This document shows positions 12,881 to 23,437 of a DNA stretch of 64,000 nt, piece by piece (within the stretch, counting starts at the first letter, position 1; every line of letters begins with the position of its first letter). The stretch covers positions 3,410,001-3,474,000 of the forward strand of contig NC_092674.1 in the NCBI RefSeq assembly GCF_964355755.1, given 5' to 3'. Source of the stretch: Antedon mediterranea. Lineage: Eukaryota; Animalia; Echinodermata. The position numbers were made by a program, and so were the translations under genes. A model generated the notes under the pieces. The model had not been told where the DNA came from. It searched no databases and saw only the letters and a program-made list of their open reading frames with translations.

Positions 12881-14183
12881 TGCTTGCTTTTTGTCTGTTT
12901 TGTTTTTGCGTCCCTGACACAAGCATTTGCTTTATTAGTGACGCTACCGTTTTGGAAATAAATGTTAATTTGGATTGATTTAACATTTTAATTTTTTAAA
13001 TATTTATTAAAAATCATGCCGTCGTACAGTACTGCTGCATTGCTGTTGGTTTTTGTAACGTGACAGTGGGGCGGATCCACCCATTTTTTTCAATTCTGAT
13101 ATAGGCCTAATATTATTATTATGATATATGTTATTAAATAAGTTCATTTGGATCTGATAATGTAATGTGAAAAAAAGTTACTTCTATATGATCCACTATA
13201 GTAGTAGTAGGCGAAACGTCAAGTTCTCTGGAAATGTAAGTACCGATATCATCTTACAAACTTGACACTATATTGGATGATATAGAAGTAACTTTTTTTC
13301 ACATGATATATGTCATTATTTACATTATTTTCATTTTTGTTACGTATACTGGTATTTCGTATTGCACACACAGGCATATTTTACAGGTCTACACTTAACC
13401 TCCATATCGTATCGTATTGTTGGAATAATTCATTTGTATGGCCTTCAATGCAATTGTTATTATTAATATTGAATAATTACCGCTAAATTAAGTGCTCTTA
13501 CTCTACAGGTTGGTCGGTCGGTCAGTAAACGCGACTGCAGCCATGTATATGGCCTTGTTATACTGTTAATGTTATTGTAAATGTCACCTAATAAAATTAA
13601 AATTAACTGGAAACAAACAAAGATCAGTGTTTCTCTCTACCTTTACAAAGTAATACAATCGATATTGTAAAGAAAAAAAAGGAAATCAAAGATATGCAAC
13701 AATAACTTATTAACTGAAATTAAATAATCCCCAACAATTGCATCATTCAACGCTACACATATAGATCTCATTTCTTTCACAAAACTAAACGTTTTTTTTC
13801 CTTTGTTTTGTATTCAAGCCAGGACCACAATAAAAACAGGTTTTCTTTTACCTGATTGTGTGATCCTGTATAAAGATGTTGTTATATAAAAAGAAAGTAA
13901 TTACGCGATGATGTTTTTAACGTTTATACCGTTAACAAGCGCCTCTGTTTTTTACTTTTGTTTGGGTATCGTAATTATCGTAATACAAACACTAACCATA
14001 TGTTATTATTAAGAGTCCATAGTAGAATAATTAATCAAACTACTACTGTAATTGTTTGTGGTAACTTTTAACGTTAATTCTTGTAAGAAAGGGAAACCGT
14101 TATCCGCGTCGAACTAAAAAATTATCTACGGCATTTTAACTTTCCAACAATATTCAAATTTGTCGGAAAAGAGACAGCTTATA

Positions 14184-14776
14184 TTTTACCAAGGAGGTAT
14201 TAGTCGATCGCGCGTCTGTTTGTTGTCTGTTTGTTTTTTAGCAGGATTACTCAAACATTTCTTTACCAAAATGAAAATACAGATAAATATGTGGTGAAGG
14301 ACCACTTCATTAAATTTTGGAGGCAATCTGGACCAGGGTCCCAATTCTGGACCACTTTTAATAGGCCTACTATTTTCAGACCTGCTAGCGTTAAAAGATA
14401 GGAGACAATTTTCAAAAGCCGGTAAGCAGTCTTAAAGTAAACTGAAATTGCGATTTTTCGACAAATACCGGTACTTCTCCAAAAAACTTCATTTTTGTAC
14501 AAGAAGCAAAAAATTAAAATGTGTGATTTATAATTTTATTTAATGTTTGTTTTTGGCGTTGCTGTTCTAATATTAGTCAACTGAAACTATTATTAGTTGA
14601 AAGGCTGGTTACATAACCAACATTACACCAAATTCGTATCATCACACATGGGTTGTAGTGAATTAGCCTAATCACACACAGCATTAAGATACAAAAATAA
14701 AAATAAACTATTTTCTGGTGAAATCTTATGTAGGAGAATTTTACAGTATGTACTCTCGGAGTGCCGTTCTATAGTT
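14184..14776 (+). mobile_element. Helentron-associated (HINE/DINE-1-like) non-autonomous element, degenerate
   Basis: 5' TTTACCAAGGAGGT, internal TGTT/TGTC microsatellite, 3' TGTACTCTCGGAGTGC..TTCTATAGTTT. Confidence 0.55.
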
Positions 14777-15084
14777 TACTATACTATTATTGAAAATGCA
14801 GGTTTTTGAAGAGTGAAGTGTTAATCCGAGATGAACATAAAAAGAAAACATGTATGGATAAAAAAAAAAAAAACAATGTTAATAGGATAAATATATGTTA
14901 ATAAAAAAAATGAATACAAGAACAAGAAAATATGTATGAAAAAAACAGTGTATTATTAAAACATGTTAATTAACTACTAAAAAACAAAAAGTAAAATATG
15001 TATGTAAATATTTAAAAAGACAATGTCAATGGAAATGTCTCCTACGCCCCTACGACCATCTAGGTCATGGGACAACCAACCAAC

Positions 15085-16710
15085 GAACTTGTTTGCAAAT
15101 GCCTTCAACTATATAACTATAGAGGTATTACATTATCATCATGTGTTGCTACAATTTTCAATCGTATTATTTGTGATCGTATCTCAGAATTTCTTGAGAG
15201 TAATAGTATTCTTACAGAAATCCAGCAGGCTTTAGGAAAAATCATAGGTGTGAAGACCACATATTTACACTTATAAAAGCATATTAGCTACGCGTAATGC
15301 GGAAAATAAGTTAACATACTTAGCCTTCCTGGATTTCCGTAAGGCTTTTGGCGTAATTGCCTTTTGTCAATAGCATGGAATACTGGTATCCGTGGTAAAG
15401 TCTGGAAAATTATTGATACTTTTTTACTATTATTATTATTTACTATTACTTTTTACTATTTATTGAAATAAAGAAGCCCATCGTTGGCCTAAGCTGCTGT
15501 TGCATACATCATTTACCTTGCATTATAATAATGTTAATATAAAATGACGATGGTTAAACTCAGTTAAAAGTATTCTGAATAATACTGGATTTAATAATCT
15601 ATTCTCAAACAACATACCTATAGATTCAGCATGGTTTAAATCTTTTAAGTGTGTTAATCATCAAATGTATGAATTGGATTGGTTTAATAAAAACTGCAGT
15701 ACCAAACCATCATTATCACTTTATGTTAAATCTAAGAAAATACCTGAGTGTTAAAACTGATTTTTATGGTGCTCATTTGAAATTTAAGGTAAGATCAAAT
15801 ACTCTTTAACTTGAAAGTAGATGTAGTAAATGGGATTTGAATAATACTGGTAATTGTATGTTATGTAAGGATGAACCTGAAGATTTATATCATGTTATGT
15901 TAAATTGTAAAGTACTGCAAGAAGTGTGAATTTCAGAATTTGAATGCTTGGAACAAAACCTTAATTATTCTGGTCTATCAGATCTATGGAATTCACTCCA
16001 GTTAAATAATTCAGAGGTTATTTTAATGATCATACTTGGTGGTGATTGTTCTGTTCTCATTCCAACAATGTCGATGAATATGGTAAAGAAAGCTCATGAC
16101 ATTCTTGATAAATTCTGCAAATCATACCAAAGAAAGCATGGGCCTTTAGACAACGATTGAATGATTTTTACATTTTCTATTGTATGTAATTTGATTTAGT
16201 TATCTTACTGTTTTCTTTATCTCTTTTGGGATCAATTCTGTTTACAGTCATTGAATAATTCACTACAGCTGAAATAACCTAATCTATGCTTTCCTGTTTA
16301 TTGATGTCCCTAATTTGGGTTCCAATTGTTCCTCTTTTTTGCTGGTAGAGACTTTGTATCAAGTATGTGTATTTTAACATAGATTCTAAGTACAGTATAT
16401 CACTTTGTTCTACGCTAATTGATATGCTAATTTAGTGTCTAAGGTTATGAATGTGGGTTGCATTTAATTGGTATTATATTTTAAATTTGGTTTAGAGGAG
16501 GGTGGTTTTATCGAATTTCCGTTTTATCTGTTTTAATCTAGTCTAACTTTATTTCTATACTTATATATTTTTATATTGCATGTTTAATTGTTTTAAGGAT
16601 GCACCATTATTATGTGTGCCGCTGTTCAAAAAGCGTTTTCCGAATAAATAATAATTATTATTATTATTGTTATTATTGTTAGTGTTATTATTAGTATTAT
16701 TATTATTAAA
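15085..16710 (+). mobile_element. Degenerate non-LTR retrotransposon (RT fragment to 3' tail)
   Basis: NYRGITLSSC, FLDFRKAF and GIRGKVWKII RT motifs with frameshifts and deletions; CMLCKDEPEDLYHVMLNC zinc knuckle; AATAAA plus (TTA)n tail. Confidence 0.8.
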
Positions 16711-17157
16711 CACTACAGATTCGTTCAAACATACATCTTCCACGTAGGTTAATTGGATTCCTAGTTAATTTTAATTTGACAGCATAAGTTTGTTTTATGT
16801 ATGAAAAATGCACATTTGTCTATTTATCGTCGATCGTTATCGTCCTAGTGTAAATGGGCCTTAATGCATTATAATAATAAATATATTATGTTACCCGCAC
16901 TTCTTATGTAGGTATATAATAATTATGATTTCTGAATCAGTGATGACAATATGGAAATGAATTTTTTGATTACTGTACGCTGATGAGAGGTGCATACCAA
17001 AATGACCCCGCAGAAATGTCATGAATATTCAATACAGTATATTATTTCTACCCGCACTATTTAGTCCAGTCTATTTTAGTCTTAGTTTAGATCTGAATCA
17101 GTGGTGAAAACATTTGTGTTCTGGATTACTGTACGCTGATGAGAGGTGCATATCAAA

Positions 17158-20100
17158 ATGACTATCGCACAACTTTCTTCATGTATTTTTATATTCTGTT
17201 ATCATGGTGAGTTATTTTAATTAAACAATATTTGAAGACGTATAGACTTATATAGATCGGCAATTAATGTCGTTGTTTTCAATATAGTATTTTTATAATA
17301 ATTTGATTATCAAATTCTATTTGTTTCAGCTATACTTTGCACTTCTTTACAATGTACTCCTAAACAAGATATCGTGATGGTCAATAATTCAAGTGATTGT
17401 TTTCGTGAGTGTGAGTTTCCCGCTAAACCGAGATTGTGCGAATTTGAGTTTACGGTAGCTTGGGGGTATACGTTAGCAGCGGCTTGTACGGACTGTCCAG
17501 ATGTCCGAGAAGACTGTAGTGCATATCGCTGTTATTCGGTAGACGGTACACGTAGACCAATTATAACGGTTAATGATATGTCACCAGGGCCAAGCATTCA
17601 GGTAATAGGTTGAAAATGTTAAACACAGGTACCAATCTCTCAGTTACGAAAGCTTTTAAGTGCCATCCACCTGACATGAATTAATTTCATTTCAATAGTT
17701 TCACCAAACATTAAACCCCGCTCTTCCATTATGGAGCAATCTTCAATTATTAAGGAATAAACATATCACTATTCGGCATTGCTTTACTAAAGAAACATCA
17801 AAATAACTTTGATGACATTTCATTCACAAAACGCTAATAATTCAAATCAAAATAATAGTTAACTTTACTCTTTATTTAAACGAGAATAACGTTTGTGGGT
17901 TTGTTTTTAAAGGTCTGTCATGGTGATACTATTCGAGTGAAAGTAAACAACGAACTTCAAGATGGATCTTCGTTGACAATTCATTGGCATGGTATACATC
18001 AAGTTAACACAGTGTGGGCAGATGGAGTTCCGATGATTACTCAATGCCCCATACCAAGTCCAACCTCTTTCGTATACGAGTTTGTTGCAGACCCACCAGG
18101 TACCCATTGGTGGCACTCTCACGTTGGTGTTCAGAGAGGTGACGGGATGTACGGAGCATTGATTGTCAGGGAACCAAGACAAAAAGAGTTCAACAGTAAA
18201 GAATATGACTTTGACCTTAAACATCATTACATTTTATTTAACGACTGGTTGAATATTATGTCTCTGAATATCTTAATTGCGTCTATTACATATGGCGCTC
18301 TATCTCCTGAGAATACTCTTACATTAATGGTCAATGGCAGAGGTCAAAATGAAAACACTGATGTTGATGTCCCGCCTTATGTGTTGGAAGTGGAGCATGG
18401 TTTCCGATTTCGCATACGATTTGTGAATTCTGCCATAGGTGAATGTAATATACGAATGATAATTGAATCACATCCAATAACGATCATCGCAACTGATGGT
18501 TATGAGGTGGAACCGATTCGAGCTGTGGATGCTTTGCTCGTTACTCCCGGAGAAAGGTAAGTAAACTTTCAGATTGAAGAATTCCATCCCTTTTCAAACT
18601 CATGTAAGTTTAATTTCTCCTAATCTACATTTACTAATGAGTTAGTTTACTGTATTCTTTTCTATATTGTTTCTTAAGGTTAGACATTGTGCTCGAAGCA
18701 TCTTCGAAACCAGCGTCTTATTGTATATACTTAGATAGTTCACCAGTCAATTTATGTGAGGCAAATGGCACTGCTATATTGAGATATAAGGGCTCCCCGG
18801 CAACGCAACTGATATGTAATCAAAATGATCGACCAGAAGCAACAAGTTTGTTTACAACAAAACGGTTTATCAACAAAGATGTTTTAACGTATACAGACAC
18901 ACACGCATTACGTAAGATACACATCTATTTATTCAATGTTTGATATAGACCTTCTAACAATTATTGTTCGTTCATTAGTCTGATGGCTGACAAAACAAGT
19001 AAGTCACACAAATCTGACGAAGTATTTTGTATGTGCGTAAACTGAATTAATTGGCATACTGGAATTGAGGCGTATTTAATGTCAGGAAATTAAGTCTAAT
19101 AACATGTGTGAATATAATGATACAAAGACAAAACATATGTTATGAATTCCGTTGTTCAGTTCCCACCACTTGGAAACTGTGAGTTGACAAATCGCAGGCT
19201 CGTGATTGGTCAAAATACATGCTGCGGTTGTATAGCTTTAAGTTAAAATTGCACACTTATTTTTTTCTTTTTTTAGAAGCCGTAGACCCAGACTTATACT
19301 CCGTGGATGTTATATACTATGTAGTAATGGACACTCTAGCAACGTACTATCATTCATCGTCAGGTTCAGATGCTAATTCAACGTCTGATCATGGTTCTTT
19401 TACTTTTGTCATGAATCAAGTATCATTTAAATTGCCTGATAGGCCGTTTGTTTCGTCAGATCCAGATAATGATGTACAAACGTGTAATATGGCCCCATGG
19501 TATGAGAACACTAGTTATATGTCTGGCTGCAAAAATACAACATGTTCATGTCCCATCGTTGCTAAAGTAAAACTAGGCCAGGTAATATTCTATTTATCTT
19601 AAATATCATTCCTTATGATCAAAGGAAGTAGGGAGGACATGTTTATGAATCATAGACAGTAATTTGTTAAAGATGTATTGTCCCTTTGACAAATTCCAAA
19701 ACATTTTTTTTCGAAATTTCGAAAAAAGTGGGTCATTTTGAAGTATCATAATAGTTATTAACTTTCACCAAAAATTAGTCCAAAAAAAAAAAACCATTCA
19801 ACTGAAATACAGATGTTTTTTGGTTCAAAAAATAACTTTGACTTCCAGTCAAAGTTTTTGATCAAAACATATCTCAACGCGCTTGTTTGGCTACTCTGTG
19901 TATGCATAATCATAAAACTTCTTCGCGATCTGTGTGAAAACACCTTCTCAACTCTGACGAGTTGTAAACAATCCTAATTAAAATATCATGCATAATGCAT
20001 ACTCGTGGTTTAAAATCTTTGTTTACTTTCTCTCACGACAATTTTCCAGATGAACTGTAATCAAACTAATTTACCTGTTAATTACGGAAACTTTGTTGTT

Positions 20101-21555
20101 TTTTGGCTCACATTTTCAACTTAAAGTGAATAACTTTAATATTACTTTGATATGGCCAATTTAAATTAAAAATATTTTGACCATCATTTTTTTTGTCAAG
20201 GGACAATACATCTTTAACACGATATAACAATTTTATAACAATCAAACGCCAGTTGGCACAAACCGACATGACGCCCCCACCCAACCCCAACTATCCCGTA
20301 AAACTGCGTGCATAATATAATATAATAATTTATATAGCGCACATATCCACTAAAAGTGCTCAAGGCGGTAATCAAAACACTGTTTGTTTATACTTCATTA
20401 ATACCATATGGAAAAAGGTATGATTTTAATGATTTTTTAAAAGAATTAATTGTATGGCAATGCCTAATCCATTCAGGAATGTCATTCCACAGACGCGGAG
20501 CATTAATAGAAAAAGCACGATCTCCAAACGAGTGGTGACATTTCGGTTGAAATAAAAGCAACTTATTATTGGATCGTAAATTACATTTAGGAGGAGAGTA
20601 TAAGCCCAGCATATCAGTCACATATTCTGGAGCAATTCCATAATCCATCAATAATATACATCTGAAGTACAAGCTGGACTGGTCACATTATATATTTTTG
20701 TTTCGTTGTATTTTTAGGTGGTAGAAATGGTCGTGATTAGTGAAGCTGACGTTTCTGATCATCCAATGCACCTCCATGGGCAATCATTCCGAGTTTTAGG
20801 ACAGAGTGAGATTAACATGACTGCAGAAGATCTGATAGAATTTGATAAAACAGGTATAAACAATATATGTATACTACAGCTGGGCATCTTTTGATAGACG
20901 CTTGGCAGTACAAACGTTTGAGGGTCTCAGGTGATGAACCGGATTCATGTATGTTATGTGTTAAACTAATTTGCTGCTCATTAGCATAAAAATATAATAA
21001 TTGCAACACTAAAAAATACAGTATAAGCCTGTAATGAAGAAGGTTTTGGAAAAACACTTGTAGCTTGAGAATAATAAATCACGGGAACGCATTGCCATAT
21101 GACTGTAAACGTATACCCACATACAATAGTAATTTCAAGTTTCTAGTCGCATAGGCAACCGTTTCTGTAGCTGCTAATTTAGTGGAACACTTGCTTTTCA
21201 TTTGAATTTTACAGTTGGCATACCACGAATTCCACTAGAATCAACGGTTGTCAAGGATACAGTAAATATGCCTGCTATTGGTTACGTCATCATAAGATGG
21301 AAGGCTGAAAACCCCGGTTATTGGTTCTTTCATTGTCACATTGAATACCATACATTGGTGAGATACATATTTTGTTAATGTAGGCCTAACTAGTGCGTTG
21401 TCATGTTGTGTCGTCAAACATCTGATTACTTTGTTTTCTTTGTCCTCTTCATCCAGAATGGAATGGCAATGGTTGTTCAAGTCGGTGAAAAAGATGAAAT
21501 TCCAGATCCGCCAAAAGGGTTCCCATCTTGTGGACCATGGTCACCTAATAATTAG
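17158..21555 (+). CDS. Secreted laccase / multicopper oxidase (copy 3), 626 aa, 8 exons
   Basis: Exons 17158-17206, 17330-17601, 17913-18556, 18679-18911, 19277-19581, 20718-20853, 21215-21357, 21457-21555 (1881 nt). Motifs HWHG, HWWHSH, HPMHLHG, HCHIEYHTLNGM. Confidence 0.93.
19667..20217. mobile_element. Kolobok-like MITE, subfamily A
   Basis: TTAA TSD, TIR AGATGTATTGTCCCT; colinear with 2166-2683. Confidence 0.85.
20320..20672 (-). mobile_element. L2-type LINE 3' end
   Basis: FGDRAFSINAPRLWNDIP...FKKSLKSYLF C-terminus plus tail; short tails of the same type at ~2840-2905, 24760-24806, 43408-43520. Confidence 0.8.
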
Positions 21556-22669
21556 ATGGAATTTTAAACACTGTATAATCATCAAACATAACATCCAATC
21601 GGCCGAATTCTATCATTTTCAAAATCAACAATTATATACTAGAAACATAGCAAGACAAAACAAAGGTTACAAGCATTACACAAGAAAAGGAAGTTTTTTT
21701 TTTAATTGTTAAAGCTTTGAGTTTAATGACCAAAGTGCATAGAGATATTCATTTATTCAATATGTAAAATAGATAATAATAGGCTTAACATACATTAACA
21801 TTTGAGTAGTATAGTACCAGCAAAATAATGATTAGCAGCTTTGTGTCGGGTTTCCGCTGTTGGATATATTTGTATTTATTTATTTAATCACACTCTTGAC
21901 CTACCGGACCTGCCAAGACCAGCCAATTCTACCTTCCGAGTGAACAACAAATATATAATTAGCAATTAAAAAAAAACACGGTTAAAAATTTAAAATCGGT
22001 CTTAATTTCTTTGTAATATTTCAACGTTTAATTTGATAATTATAATTGCCTTTTAGTATCCTGCAGCCTTAATTTATATTCTCTTCTACATGCTGTGCCA
22101 TCCAAACATATCCAAAATCTATTTATTAAAAAAAGTAAATTCTTAACTTGCATCTCCCACAATTTTTCGTTTTAACCTTTTTAATTTAAAACTCATAGAA
22201 TTTTAGCAGACTGAGAGATTGGGATGTTCTATTCATCGCAAATCAATACATTTGTATAATCGTATATTAAATCTATCAAAATAGTATTTTTTTACGAAAA
22301 TCGGCCTGTCTTCAACATTATGATGCAGTACTCTAGCTGTTCAACCAGTTTTCAGCTATTAAAAACAATTATCGTAGGAGGAGATAGGAAAATGCGAAGC
22401 CTCCTCGCATTTTTGTGGAGGGTATTTTTCAAGATGGACATCCATTAGACAGTGTATACCACGATCGGAAAACACCCCTATTTGGGGCAAATCGTTGAAC
22501 CTAAATTCGTTTTAATCGTCAATAACTAATTATCTAACTTAATTTAATTAGTAAACAGGGTTACATCAGGTGGTTAAAATCAGTACCGAAAGTACGAACC
22601 AACTTTATATACCATCGAGTAAAAATTCTAGAAGTAAGGCGCGATTTACCGAATTTTGCCCTTACGTAA

Positions 22670-22852
22670 ATTTATATATAGATGGCTCTGACATTATTAA
22701 TGGCAGAGAGCCCTCTGGAGAGGGGAGAAGGTTTTTGTCGATGTGAAGAAGTGCGCCACCAACAAATATGTTATCAAAGATTGTGATGGTGGTGTAACAT
22801 CATACATGGGGCCAAATAAAGTCCTTTAACGTTCATTTATGTTGTAAAGTTG
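22670..22852 (+). promoter_or_regulatory. Probable promoter and non-coding first exon of the ZF-TRIM gene
   Basis: AGAGAGCCCTCT motif; donor TTG|GTAAGT at 22852; CTAG-rich tract follows; acceptor TTTTCAG at 23399, just before the ATG exon. Confidence 0.5.
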
Positions 22853-23437
22853 GTAAGTACCAAGTTAATACCTTAATAAATTATTAAACAATTAAATTTA
22901 GGCCTAGCCATTAAAAAAACAAGCCGTGGGTGAGTGTAAAAAATGCCTAGTAGGGCCTAGCCTAGCTAGGCGGCCCCTCTAGCTAGGCCTCCCTATAGTT
23001 AGGCTAGTACTTTACTAGGAGGGCCTAGGCCTAGTAGTAGTAGACTAGAAGGGCCTAGGCTTAGTAGTAGACAATACACTACTGTAGCTAGATAGAGGAG
23101 TAGAGTAGTAGCCTAATTAAAGGCCTACTAGAATTACCACCTAGCTACAGTAAGAAAGCTAGCCAATTATGTCTAGCCTAGCTAGACTCTAGCCCTAGTA
23201 GTAGGCTTCTCGTATTATTAATAATTAATATTTATTAATATTAGTAGACTTGTTTAGTTCAGTTTAGTAATTTGCATGAAATTATTTGAGTTACATTTCT
23301 TGATGTTTTGTTTTATTGTTTTTATGAATAAAAATACCTTTACATATAAATTTTAAAAAATTAAATTACTTATTGAACTTTTAGCTTTTTACTTTTCAGA
23401 AAATGACTTACCATTGATCAGCCTTGTCATTTAAGAG

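Noticed and set aside
16978-17022. Hammerhead-like CTGATGA...GAAATGTC upstream of laccase 3
   Set aside because: Stem I does not pair and stem II is poorly placed; explained by the local duplication junction.
8135-18227. Paired antisense ORFs (8135..8329 and 17907..18227) similar to each other
   Set aside because: Shadows of the conserved laccase exon 3.
7326-21555. Horizontal transfer of fungal or bacterial laccases
   Set aside because: Eight spliceosomal exons, host-like composition and the animal-type CxRxC N-terminal region; nothing here supports HGT.
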